In this document: positions 33,040 through 42,402 of the stretch, one piece after another
How the letters are laid out: every line of letters begins with the position of its first letter
Numbering within the stretch: position 1 is the stretch's first letter
NCBI GenBank assembly: GCA_031963005.1
Contig: JASSUL010000005.1
Span: forward strand, 82,939 to 146,938
DNA length: 64,000 nucleotides
Source: Mycoavidus cysteinexigens
Lineage (GTDB): Bacteria > Pseudomonadota > Gammaproteobacteria > Burkholderiales > Burkholderiaceae
Direction of reading: 5' to 3'
The notes under the pieces: model-generated
Databases searched by the model: none
Told to the model about the DNA's origin: nothing
What the model saw: only the letters and a program-made list of their open reading frames with translations
Translations under genes and position numbers: made by a program

Positions 33040-34062
33040 TCAAGAAGGTACCCTAGGGGTATTACGCGCCTCTATCGCCTGAATAAGTCTGTGCTGCACA
33101 TCATTACGCAATGCATCATAACCGCGCTTAATCGCCCATTCAAAAGCAAATGCATCCGCTGCTCCATGGCTTTTAATAACCAATCCACGCAGCCCCAATA
33201 ATGCTGCGCCGTTATAGCGACGATGATCCACACGCCGCTTCAAACGTTTTAATACCGGCCATGCAAGCACGGCCATACACTTAGAAGCCCATGATGCCGC
33301 AAACTCCTCCTTGATGATACGGGCAAGCATCCAAGCTAGCCCTTCAGAAGTTTTCAGCGCCACATTCCCCACAAAACCGTCGCACACTACGATATCCGTC
33401 GTGCCTTTATAAATGTCATTGCCTTCTACATTGCCGTAAAAGTTCAACGCACTGGCGCGCAATAATTCCGCTGCCCGTTTAATACGTTGATTGCCTTTGA
33501 TTTCTTCTTCACCGATATTGAGTAAACCGATACTAGGACGCTCTTTGCCATCCACCGCAGAGACTAAAGCATGACCCATTTCCGCAAACTGTAGCAAGTG
33601 CTCAGGCTCGCAGTCGACATTCCCACCCAAATCAAGGACCGTGGTATACCCCTGTAACCGAGGCATCACCGCAGCAATCGCAGGACGTTCGATGCCCGTT
33701 AATGTTTTGAGCACATAGCGAGAAAGCGCCATAAGTGCACCGGTATTGCCTGCGGATACACAGGCCTGTGCCTTGCCTTCTTTCACCAAATTCAAAGCGA
33801 CCCGCATCGAAGAATTTTTTTTCTTCCGTAAAGCCACCTCTATAGAGTCATCCATCGCAATAACTTCGCTAGCCTCGTGCACGGACAGACCTGTGTGGTG
33901 GAGCGCATTATGTTTTTTGAGCTGCGCTTCAATGAGGGACTTAATGCCTACTAATATCAGATGGGCATCCGGATGGGCACGCACAAAATTTACTGCCGCT
34001 AAAACGGTGGAAGGGGGGCCAATATCTCCCCCACTACAGTCAATTGTAATCGTAACAGTCAT
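33040..34062 (-). CDS. plsX: Phosphate acyltransferase PlsX
   Basis: [17 protein letters not shown]-terminus typical of PlsX; ATG 34062 chosen by homology. Confidence 0.93.
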   Translation of the reverse strand: MTVTITIDCSGGDIGPPSTVLAAVNFVRAHPDAHLILVGIKSLIEAQLKKHNALHHTGLSVHEASEVIAMDDSIEVALRKKKNSSMRVALNLVKEGKAQACVSAGNTGALMALSRYVLKTLTGIERPAIAAVMPRLQGYTTVLDLGGNVDCEPEHLLQFAEMGHALVSAVDGKERPSIGLLNIGEEEIKGNQRIKRAAELLRASALNFYGNVEGNDIYKGTTDIVVCDGFVGNVALKTSEGLAWMLARIIKEEFAASWASKCMAVLAWPVLKRLKRRVDHRRYNGAALLGLRGLVIKSHGAADAFAFEWAIKRGYDALRNDVQHRLIQAIEARNTPRVPS

Positions 34063-34141
34063 GTTCAAAGACCATGCGCAACAGCGATGGAGAAAATAAA
34101 GTGACAAAGCGTGCGCAAAACACGCTCAAAAAGCGACAAAC

Positions 34142-34167
34142 AAAAAGCGGCTTAGTAAGCCGCTTTT
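34142..34167 (-). terminator. Intrinsic terminator or attenuator between rpmF and plsX
   Basis: AAAAGCGGCTT-AGT-AAGCCGCTTTT, 11-bp stem, followed on the minus strand by a T-rich tract. Confidence 0.55.
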
Positions 34168-34274
34168 GTAGAGCCAAGAAGCACTCTACATCAATAGGAC
34201 TTCAGGCTCTTCGCGAATCTGTTCCCGCTTCCAACCATGCTCTCCCATAATGCGTGGGACGTACACGGAAAGAT

Positions 34275-34310
34275 AAGAACCTTTTTGAGAGACTCCAAAC
34301 AGGTTCTAAG
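34275..34310. repeat. Family D short palindrome just downstream of rpmF
   Basis: AAGAACCTTTTTGAGAGACTCCAAACAGGTTCTAAG, near-identical to 1049-1086. Confidence 0.7.
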
Positions 34311-34328
34311 GACAGATTCTGACACCTA

Positions 34329-34511
34329 TTACTCATCTGCTTTGGTCTTCAAAACTTTGCGACCACGATAGAATCCATTGGGGGTAATGTGATGACGCAA
34401 ATGGGATTCACCCGTTGCCGAGTCGATGGCAATTGCTGGGCCGTCGATCGCATCGTGCGAGCGACGCATATTGCGACAAGAAGGGGATTTTTTATTTTGC
34501 TGAACAGCCAT
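34329..34511 (-). CDS. rpmF: 50S ribosomal protein L32
   Basis: [20 protein letters not shown].. 60 aa. Confidence 0.95.
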   Translation of the reverse strand: MAVQQNKKSPSCRNMRRSHDAIDGPAIAIDSATGESHLRHHITPNGFYRGRKVLKTKADE

Positions 34512-34618
34512 GTTCAAAACTCCTGGAAATAAAAGCTCGCCTAGCACACGCTAGGCAAAAAAAAGAAAAATAGATCTGAATATACGTTATACGTTAGAAA
34601 TCGCACTAAACAGATGCG

Positions 34619-35269
34619 CTAAGAATCGTCAGAAGACTTCAGCTTCAAAAGAATGGAAAAGGGATTTTTTGCAAGGACATCCTCGATAGGGTCTTTTGCC
34701 CCCTCCGACAGTGAACCTGCCTCTGCACCATCGTGCGCATAACACTGAGGATCCCCATCTGCATGCTTAGGAACAATGGGCAATGCGAGCAAAATTTCCT
34801 CTTCTAAAAAATGCAATACGTCAAACTGCGTGGACCCTGCAATGACATCACAATCGTCTTCTAACGGCGCAGCATCGGCATCTTCTTCGGTTTTTACAAT
34901 CCGAAATTGAGTATGAATATCAAATATCTGCTCACAAGGCGCAAGGCAGCGCTGACACTCCAGCCATAATGCCGCTTTTATATGCAAGGAAAGCCCCCAT
35001 TGAGGAGATCCATCTTCACTCAATGCAAAACGCCCGACTAGCGAATAGGTAAAAGGAGCATGTTGCTCTAACATCCCAGGAAACACTTCTTGCGCCACCC
35101 GGGGCAAGTTAGCCAAAGGGATTTCACCAGAACACGCTTGTTGAGCCTGCGCAAAAGCAAAGAGATCCAGTGCAGCAGGAAAAGCAGAAATGTCCGTCTC
35201 CAAAATTGGAATCGCCTTTACGGATAAAGTGACCCGCCTATGCCTATGGACCCGGTCAGACCCACACAC
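34619..35269 (-). CDS. yceD: YceD (DUF177) family 23S rRNA accumulation protein; start uncertain (alternative TTG at 35203)
   Basis: Sits upstream of rpmF as in most bacteria; CxxC..C pattern (ECQRCLAPC) and an acidic C-terminus. Confidence 0.8.
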   Translation of the reverse strand: MCGSDRVHRHRRVTLSVKAIPILETDISAFPAALDLFAFAQAQQACSGEIPLANLPRVAQEVFPGMLEQHAPFTYSLVGRFALSEDGSPQWGLSLHIKAALWLECQRCLAPCEQIFDIHTQFRIVKTEEDADAAPLEDDCDVIAGSTQFDVLHFLEEEILLALPIVPKHADGDPQCYAHDGAEAGSLSEGAKDPIEDVLAKNPFSILLKLKSSDDS

Positions 35270-35451
35270 ATCGAGCCAATATAGACATCAAAAGGCGAGA
35301 AGTAAAAAATTACCACGCGCAGTGACCACTAACGCACTGATAAAAAGCGAGCAAGCTTACTGCTTTTGTCTTTTTGAGTCAAATCCTCATGCTTTTTCAT
35401 GTGTTTTTAGACACTATTTTTTAGAGGAAGGCGCTCTACCACTTATTGTAC

Positions 35452-35697
35452 TTAATAACTGATGTTATGCAGGCATTCAAAAAGACCGTGGTCATCATGT
35501 TGGGGTTCCTCCGTCACCACCAACCTACGAAAATGGGTAGGTGAAAGGGATTCATCAAACTCCACCTACCACTAGAAAAGGCAAAGGACGGTAGGTTGGT
35601 GGTGAGGCACGAACCCCAACGTACGTACCACCTACTTCTAATTTTTGCGCTCTACCGATCAATAACTCGCCTTTCTACAACCTGCGTAGCATCACTT
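35452..35697. repeat. Family A MITE-like element, full-length A1 (copy iv)
   Basis: Collinear with 24886-25137, including the central GGGTAGGTGAAAGGGATTCATCAAACTCCACCTACCACTAGAAAAGGCAAAGGAC segment. Confidence 0.9.
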
Positions 35698-35717
35698 CAT
35701 AAAATACAGCGTACCGT

Positions 35718-37748
35718 TTATTGTGCGTTCCATACTAACTCTAAATAGGCACCTCGCGCAGGGGTTTGATAACCATAAGCCAGCTGATAATGGCGATTCA
35801 AGAGATTCTCTATACGGGCACGGATTAACCAATTGGGACTTAAGGCATGACGCGCATGAAGATGAAAGAGTGCGTAACCATGCAATGGATGATTTCCATC
35901 TTCTCGCCGACCGTTCACCATCCAATCGCCGCCGACACGCCACTGAGCAATAGGAGCGGAAAAAGTAAGGCTTCCAAAGTGCCGTGCACGGCGCGGTAAA
36001 TCGCGGGATAACCTGGGCATCATAGATACTGCACGCGCTTCTTCTAGCGGATTTTGTATTGTGCCGGTCACTCGCCATTCGCTTTCACGCCAGCGCGCTA
36101 TGGCCGCCATCTCCAGGCCCTGAACCTTTGCACGGCCGATATTGCGCGCACGATATATCCCAGGGGATACTTGGACCGATTCAATCAAATCGCGATAGCG
36201 GGTTTGGAAAGCGCTCAAGCGTGCATCGGTCTCTAGAGTATCCCCCCCCAAAGTAGCCCCTCCTTGATGCCGCACCGTAGCCTCAAAGGAATGACTGCGT
36301 TCAGGCTGAACGCTGGAATTGCCATAATCGGGGTAATATAAATCATTAAAAGAAGGGGCGCGAAAAGCATTTGACGCACTAAAAGCGGTCTGCCATTGTG
36401 GAGACCAAAAATAGCGGTAACCCGCATATACGCTACGGGCTACGCCCACATCGCTATACTGATCTTGCCTGGCATGGAATTGCATTTCATGTGCGCCATG
36501 CTCCAGCACATACCCAGCAAAAGCCGAATCCACACGACGCGTCGGAGGCGTAGAGCCAGGTGTAGTGTACACACTGGCTTTCAAACTTTGATCTAAGTGC
36601 TCATACCCCCATACCCCTTTTTGACTGGGGGATAAGCGGATTTCATTACGCCAGGTCAATTGATCATTACGCGTATCAAACTGACTATTAAATTGGTGAT
36701 TCTGCGTATTGATATTCCCATCTTCACTATGCGCTACCAATATATGCGTCACCCAGCGTTTATTGAGAGGCCCTTGTGCAGATGCGGAAAAAACACGCAA
36801 GCGATTATGAGAAAAGTGTTGGTCTGTCGACAAACCAAAAGGTTGATCAAAACTGACAATACTACGCGTGTCATACAACCGAAGCCCGGCTTCCCATCCT
36901 TCGTCAAATTGACGCTGCAAAGAGACATTCAATGCATGATTTGAGGCCCCATTCGGATCAGGATTAATACCAGGGACTTGCGTAGGATCCATAGCCGAAA
37001 AACCCGCCGTTTTCATACGTGAAATACCAAGATAGAACTGGGTATCTCCATAATCCCCCCACTCTTTACTCACTCCCAAACGTTGATGCTGTGTACCATA
37101 GCGGCCATAGGACGTTGCCGCCTGCATGCGAAGCGCACTCCTCAGGGCATTATTAGCACCTGCCCCATTAAATGATAAGGGCAACTCCTGACGAGAACGC
37201 AACTGCACCACTCCCCCTACTGCACCCCCTCCATACAGCGCAGAGACATTACCGTTGACCACATCGACTTGCTCCAAATGATCGAGTAAAGCCAAACTTA
37301 ATTGCGCGCGCCCAAGACTTGCAGAATCAATGCGCACCCCATCGAGCAAAACCAAGGTTTGTGCCGCATCGGCACCACGCAAATACATGCTTGATGCAGC
37401 GCCTACTCCTCCTGCACGCACTATTTGCATACCTGCCGCGAGAGGCAATAATTCGGCCACATCTGCCGCGCCTCGATCGTCCAGATCCTGTGTGTCGAAA
37501 TGGGTACTTTGCGCTAAAGCTTCGTTAAAGAAGGAGGAATCGCTCTTTGCAGGTAATCGTGAAGCATGCACGATAATGGTAGGTACAGAGGCCTCTTCAG
37601 CAGAAGTCATTGAATGCGGGGCCCAATCCGCCCCTAAAGAAGCCGATGCCGATGCCCATGCTCCCTCCAAAGCAAAAGGGAGGATGCCTAATACGATAGC
37701 CACAGCACATCGCAGCCCTAGAAACCATAAAAAAGAAAAAGCCGCCAT
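35718..37748 (-). CDS. TonB-dependent outer-membrane receptor, BtuB/CirA-like
   Basis: Signal peptide, TonB-box-like TIIVHASR, plug motifs LRG..TLVLLDGVRIDS..SALYGGGAVGGVVQL, about 600-aa barrel. Confidence 0.88.
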   Translation of the reverse strand: MAAFSFLWFLGLRCAVAIVLGILPFALEGAWASASASLGADWAPHSMTSAEEASVPTIIVHASRLPAKSDSSFFNEALAQSTHFDTQDLDDRGAADVAELLPLAAGMQIVRAGGVGAASSMYLRGADAAQTLVLLDGVRIDSASLGRAQLSLALLDHLEQVDVVNGNVSALYGGGAVGGVVQLRSRQELPLSFNGAGANNALRSALRMQAATSYGRYGTQHQRLGVSKEWGDYGDTQFYLGISRMKTAGFSAMDPTQVPGINPDPNGASNHALNVSLQRQFDEGWEAGLRLYDTRSIVSFDQPFGLSTDQHFSHNRLRVFSASAQGPLNKRWVTHILVAHSEDGNINTQNHQFNSQFDTRNDQLTWRNEIRLSPSQKGVWGYEHLDQSLKASVYTTPGSTPPTRRVDSAFAGYVLEHGAHEMQFHARQDQYSDVGVARSVYAGYRYFWSPQWQTAFSASNAFRAPSFNDLYYPDYGNSSVQPERSHSFEATVRHQGGATLGGDTLETDARLSAFQTRYRDLIESVQVSPGIYRARNIGRAKVQGLEMAAIARWRESEWRVTGTIQNPLEEARAVSMMPRLSRDLPRRARHFGSLTFSAPIAQWRVGGDWMVNGRREDGNHPLHGYALFHLHARHALSPNWLIRARIENLLNRHYQLAYGYQTPARGAYLELVWNAQ

Positions 37749-38494
37749 GTGTGGCCCTACAAAATCAAAAACAATCCACTATGCGCTTATTCTGAGCAAA
37801 ATATGGAAAAAGAAAAATCCATCAAAGAGCGTTCTTAAAAACCCACACTCTCCTGCACTCAAAAGACTTCAAGATAAAACGTTTTTTTTACGCGCCATGC
37901 CGCTTTGTGCGCAGGCTTTCGTAAAATGAAATGACTAAATAAGCCATTCTCTTTTTTATTGACAGGTTCTTAATGCGCAGCGCTGTTATGCCCCCTTCTT
38001 TGAGCGCCCACTGGCATCCCGGTTTAATGTCCATCGGCATGCCATGCCCAGAATCACAGCCCGCCCATCGCACGCCAATGGCACCACAAACACTATATCC
38101 CATTGCTGTGCGCTCACCCGTTGTAGCAAATAGATGGTTGATGCTAAAACATCATCTATTAGATCTATACGCGCCGCTTTCTAAAGGGTATATCCAGTGC
38201 TGCTATATCAAGCACTTTGTACTGCGTATTCTCAGAGCCTGCGGTACGATCTATGACAATATGTCCACAGTAAAAAATAGGACGATCCCTTCTACATTGC
38301 AGTCCCGTATTTTGCACTCCAAAATCTTTTTCGGTTAAGGAAGGTCTGCATAAGCAGATTCACATACAGCAGCAATGCACATACTGTTTTAGGAGTTTTT
38401 ACAAGCAATATGCCCGCCCTGCTGGGTCTATTCGACGTTAGAATGTCATCTTTCGATATCGCTTTTTTACGCTTCTCTTTTTCGCCGTATTGCT

Positions 38495-39019
38495 ATGCCC
38501 CACTTCATATTAAATGAACTCAGCACGCTAGAAGCTGGCCTCACGCAACTTACTGAGCGTATCCAACATTACCAGCGTGCATTAGAAAAACTCCAACAGG
38601 CGTTTACTAAAGCCAATGTAGCCCTAGAGTATGCACAAAACGAGCGTGATCGCCTGAACTTAGAATGTGAAGCACTACGCAGTGAGCGCCATTTACTCGC
38701 TACGCGCATTGAAAATGCGAAGCATGCTTTGCAAACGACACTAGGTGATTTATCGCACACTGGCTGGGTTGAGCCTGCATTACATCTACTGCCTGTGCCG
38801 GATGACGAAAATAGTACGCCTTCGACGACACTAGTGCTTTCTGATTCTCCAGAGACTCCCACTGAGCAAGTGTTCAATTCCTCGCATTCAACGGACAACC
38901 AGGCGGAAAATGTATCTTCAGAATTGGCTACGACAAACCAATTTACAGATATCTCCTCCGATATCTCTGATGTCTCTGACATCTCTGATGCCCCCAATGT
39001 CCAGGAGAAAACGGCATGA
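38495..39019 (+). CDS. Coiled-coil protein coupled to zapA (TIGR02449/ZapB-like N-terminus) with an acidic Ser/Asp/Thr-rich tail
   Basis: About 85-aa heptad-rich N-terminus, then a low-complexity tail with ISSDISDVSDISDA; the stop overlaps the zapA start (ATGA). Confidence 0.55.
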   Translation: MPHFILNELSTLEAGLTQLTERIQHYQRALEKLQQAFTKANVALEYAQNERDRLNLECEALRSERHLLATRIENAKHALQTTLGDLSHTGWVEPALHLLPVPDDENSTPSTTLVLSDSPETPTEQVFNSSHSTDNQAENVSSELATTNQFTDISSDISDVSDISDAPNVQEKTA

Positions 39020-39369
39020 GCACCACGCAAATTAGAGTTGAAATACTGGGGGAAACTTACGAATTTGTATGCCCCGCCAAAGATGGCCCCAAGCTCCAAC
39101 AATGCGCAGTAAAAGTAGCGCAAGAGATGAAAAAGGTCAGCGAACGCGCCATTCGTGGGACGGATCGTATTGCGATTATGGCAGCGCTTTCGATTACTTC
39201 CGAGCTTTTACAGCTACAAGAAAGTGTACGACAAGGTGAAGTGTTTCCTGCTGAGGAAATCGAGCGTAGAATGCGAAAAGTCAATCAGGAGATTGGATCT
39301 ACATTAGAAAAACATGCGGCTCCCAATGAAGATATTTTGCTGGAAGAATTTATAGAACCCGCTGTATAG
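39016..39369 (+). CDS. zapA: Cell division protein ZapA
   Basis: VEILGETYEFVCPAKDGPKLQQCAVKVAQEMKKV..DRIAIMAALSITSELL matches the ZapA family. Confidence 0.88.
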   Translation: MSTTQIRVEILGETYEFVCPAKDGPKLQQCAVKVAQEMKKVSERAIRGTDRIAIMAALSITSELLQLQESVRQGEVFPAEEIERRMRKVNQEIGSTLEKHAAPNEDILLEEFIEPAV

Positions 39370-39435
39370 TAGTGCACTCGCTATTGAAGAAATGCACTAT
39401 AAATAGCGCATACCCTATAGCGAGTTGAAGTTTTG

Positions 39436-39620
39436 TCTTTCCCTGCCTAGTTTGTCAAGGCCATATATTCCTTGAATCAATACTTTGTGCATCCGTTGTG
39501 GAAATTTGTAGCATGGACGTGCGCGTCACAGAATTCGACGTACCGAGAAGTGCTTCTAACTGCGACACCTTGGACCTTCGGTTCAGGATGCTGGTCTGGC
39601 AACTGCGGCAGGGACCCCTA
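39436..39620 (+). ncRNA. ssrS: 6S RNA (SsrS)
   Basis: Immediately downstream of zapA as in E. coli; closing stem CCCTGCC/GGCAGGG; segment CCGAGAAGTGCTTCTAACTGCGACACCTTGGACC..GGTTCAGG resembles E. coli CCGAGAAGCCUUAAAACUGCGACGACAC..CACCUUGAACC..GGUUCAAGG (from memory); about 180 nt. Confidence 0.85.
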
Positions 39621-39630
39621 TTCATTAAAA

Positions 39631-39661
39631 AGCATCGAGACGCTCTCTCGATGCTTTTTTT
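39631..39661 (+). terminator. Intrinsic terminator after ssrS
   Basis: AGCATCGAGA-CGCTC-TCTCGATGCT followed by TTTTTTT. Confidence 0.85.
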
Positions 39662-39766
39662 ATATCTTGTATGGACACTCTCCGATAAAACTGCGATGCT
39701 GCCTCTTTATACAGATTCTTTCTGCGCGTATTTCTTCACGCATTTTTTCATGTAAAGGAGCTCCGT

Positions 39767-40594
39767 ATGCCGCGTTTTATCCCTCTCCATGCAAGTAAAC
39801 TGCACCTTATTCTCCCCTCCTGCTGTTTATCCATTGCAGTCGCTTTGACGTCTATGCATCCCGCACAGGCCTGTAACGCAGACCAATCCGTATCTAGCGC
39901 CACTGAAGCCCCGCGCTTTGATCTGAAAGATCAGCCCGTCGAAGTAAAAGGAAAACCCAGCACTCCTCCTCATGCAATCACCCTCAGCGCACAAGCCAGC
40001 CGTGAAGTCGCCCAAGACCGAGTGCAATTGACGGTATTCTATGAGCATCAGGCTGATGATCCGGCGGTACTCACTACGGTACTCAAGCGCAAAACAGAAC
40101 AAGCCTTAGGCATTGCTAAAAGCGTAAAAGAGGTCTCTGTCCAAACCCGTAATTTCACCGTATATCCCAAGCTAGATTCGAAAGGCCGCGCTAATGGCTG
40201 GCAAGGTCGCACTGAGCTTTTGCTCGAGTGTACCGATGCCCAAGATATGACTCCGATTGGACGTTTAGCAGGGCAGCTTGCTCCGATTATGTCCATTAGC
40301 CAGGTGCGCTTCTCGCTGTCTCCAAAAGCAGAACAAGCGGCTTATGCACAACTCGTCAATGAGGCGATTGCCGCCTTTCGCAAAGATGCACAAAATGCCG
40401 CTGAAGCATTTGGATATCCGCACTATGCACTGGCTGACATTGCCATTCATCGTAATACCTATCAAATTCAAGGTTCTAGGATGATGGCGGCTACTAGCAT
40501 TGGCATTGCCAGCGAGACTACCGATATTCCGATTGCACAGGGCAAAACAACGCTGAGTATTACCGTCTCAGGTGTTATTCACGTACTGCATTAA
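39767..40594 (+). CDS. SIMPL-domain (DUF541, YggE-like) periplasmic protein
   Basis: Signal peptide, then ITLSAQASREVAQDRVQLTVFYE.. and a C-terminal ..GKTTLSITVSGV pattern typical of SIMPL proteins. Confidence 0.75.
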   Translation: MPRFIPLHASKLHLILPSCCLSIAVALTSMHPAQACNADQSVSSATEAPRFDLKDQPVEVKGKPSTPPHAITLSAQASREVAQDRVQLTVFYEHQADDPAVLTTVLKRKTEQALGIAKSVKEVSVQTRNFTVYPKLDSKGRANGWQGRTELLLECTDAQDMTPIGRLAGQLAPIMSISQVRFSLSPKAEQAAYAQLVNEAIAAFRKDAQNAAEAFGYPHYALADIAIHRNTYQIQGSRMMAATSIGIASETTDIPIAQGKTTLSITVSGVIHVLH

Positions 40595-40713
40595 GGTCTA
40601 CCCTGACGTTGCCCCCCCGAAGTTGACTCCCGAAATTGCCTCAATAAAGGGCCTTTTGATCAGGGAAGACCAGGGGAAATCAGAGAAAAATAGGGGCCAT
40701 CATTGCTCAAGCC

Positions 40714-41613
40714 CTATTTTTCTATCGTTCTATCAGACTGTATATCCCTGCGGTAAGCCCTTATCCATAGGAACACGCCAATAAGCATCATCGGCAGTGA
40801 AAGCCACTGCCCTCTTGAAAATCCGACCGTCAGAGGCCCCAGAAAACTATCTGGTTCACGGAAAAATTCAATGATAAAACGTGCTGCGCCGTACCCCATT
40901 AAAAACAGTGCGGACGCTGCCCCTGCTGGGCGCGCTTTGCGTGCAAACCACCAAAGTCCTATTCCTAACACGCATCCCTCCAATACCAGCTCATACAATT
41001 GTGAAGGATGGCGCGGTAAACCATGCCAAATCCCAAAGAAAGTGTCTAAACCCTTGAGCATGGCTTCTGATGCATGCTGGTTGATCCATAGCATATCGTC
41101 ATAAGCGGCTTGCGGAAAAAGCATGGCCCAAGGAAGCTCAGGATGCGTCACCCTTCCCCAAAGCTCTCCATTAATAAAATTCCCCAATCGCCCTGCTAAT
41201 AAACCAGCAGGGACTAATACCGCAATATAATCGGTGACAGAGAACCAAGAGCGAGCGCGGTGCTTTGCAAATAAATAGCTCGCCAGCGTAACGCCGAGCA
41301 AGCCTCCGTGAAAAGACATTCCCCCTTCCCACACTTTCAATATGGAGAGGGGGTGTTCTAAATAAAATCCGAATTGATAAAAAAGCACATAGCCGAAACG
41401 CCCGCCTAGAATCGTTCCCAGCGCGCAATACAATACTAAATCATCCATATCCTGAGCCGCCCACCCTTGCTGAGCATAGTGCGGTAAACGCGCACGCCAG
41501 CGCCCCAGGAGATTCGCGGATAAAAAGGCAATCAAATACATTAAGCCGTACCAGCGCACCGCTAACGGCCCAAGCTGTAGCGCAATGGGATTAAATTCGG
41601 GATGAATCAACAT
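40714..41613 (-). CDS. lgt: Prolipoprotein diacylglyceryl transferase
   Basis: [30 protein letters not shown].., HGGLLG and [14 protein letters not shown] motifs. Confidence 0.95.
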   Translation of the reverse strand: MLIHPEFNPIALQLGPLAVRWYGLMYLIAFLSANLLGRWRARLPHYAQQGWAAQDMDDLVLYCALGTILGGRFGYVLFYQFGFYLEHPLSILKVWEGGMSFHGGLLGVTLASYLFAKHRARSWFSVTDYIAVLVPAGLLAGRLGNFINGELWGRVTHPELPWAMLFPQAAYDDMLWINQHASEAMLKGLDTFFGIWHGLPRHPSQLYELVLEGCVLGIGLWWFARKARPAGAASALFLMGYGAARFIIEFFREPDSFLGPLTVGFSRGQWLSLPMMLIGVFLWIRAYRRDIQSDRTIEK

Positions 41614-41794
41614 GGACGAATTTTTTTAAAATAAAGGGGTTATAAAGAATAGGAGTCACGTCAAGGCAAGATAACTCACGTTAAAATAGAGCGTGATAGA
41701 GACCACCCCAGCTACGACTAAAACGGCAAGGTATGTGCATCGCTCAGAATAGACTACCTTACGTATTTTCCTGCATCATTTGGCACACTTAGTA

Positions 41795-42232
41795 ATGACC
41801 CAAGTTGATTTTCATACGCATATTCATGACCGTCTTCACTACACATGCCGGTTAATCCGGCGTGCGTTTCAGGCGCAGGATAATCCGCTGCACTCTCGAC
41901 TGATTATTGTGGCGGAAGCAGCACTTTTATCCAAAATGGATCAGTATCTATGGACTTTCTCGGCGCTAGATTTTTTGCCTCACACTACGCTAGAGAATAC
42001 GTTACAAAGGGTTACCCCCATACTTTTAGCGAGCCATTTTGATCAAGTACCTGAAAATGCGTGCATCTTACTGAACCTCCGTGACGCCCTTCCTCCTTGC
42101 TTTATGCAATTTAAACGTATATTAGAAGTGGTCGACACAACCCCAGAGGCATTGGCTGCAGCAAGGGAGCGCTACCGCACGTATAAGGAAAAAGGATATA
42201 CGCTAAAAAACTATACGTACCAGACATCCTAA
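41795..42232 (+). CDS. holC: DNA polymerase III chi subunit
   Basis: About 145 aa; DQYLWTF..FLPH and ARERYRTYKEKGY align with E. coli HolC; ATG 41795 preferred over the TTG at 41780. Confidence 0.8.
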   Translation: MTQVDFHTHIHDRLHYTCRLIRRAFQAQDNPLHSRLIIVAEAALLSKMDQYLWTFSALDFLPHTTLENTLQRVTPILLASHFDQVPENACILLNLRDALPPCFMQFKRILEVVDTTPEALAAARERYRTYKEKGYTLKNYTYQTS

Positions 42233-42287
42233 GGGTTCAAGGTAAGCATGCGTATGGCTGGCCATACCTACGCAGAGACCAGGTTTT

Positions 42288-42402
42288 AGAGTCCGTTCAT
42301 AATCTCAAAAAATCACCCTTGAGGTGGTTATGTTGGGGTGAGGAATTGAATTAAATACGGAACCCCAACACAACCCACTTTTAATGATTAGGAACAGATT
42401 CT
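42288..42402. repeat. Family A MITE-like element, A2 with an internal deletion (copy v); its right terminus overlaps the rodA stop codon
   Basis: AGAGTCCGTTCATAATCTCAAAAAATCACCCTTGAGGTGGTTATGTTGGGGTGAGG..GGAACCCCAACACAACCCACTTTTAATGATTAGGAACAGATTCT. Confidence 0.85.

Noticed and set aside
37950-38085. Cobalamin riboswitch upstream of the BtuB-like receptor (minus strand).
   Set aside because: Only loose matches to a few consensus blocks are present: GGTGCC, GCCAGTG in place of GCCACTG, and AAGAACCTGTC in place of the AAGACCTGCC B12 box. The strongly conserved GGGAA..GGTG.AA.TCC..CCCGCAACTGTAA core is not recognisable. I cannot call it without a covariance-model search.
39472-39798. ORFs of 108 and 85 aa overlapping the zapA-downstream region.
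   Set aside because: The region is better explained as 6S RNA plus its terminator.
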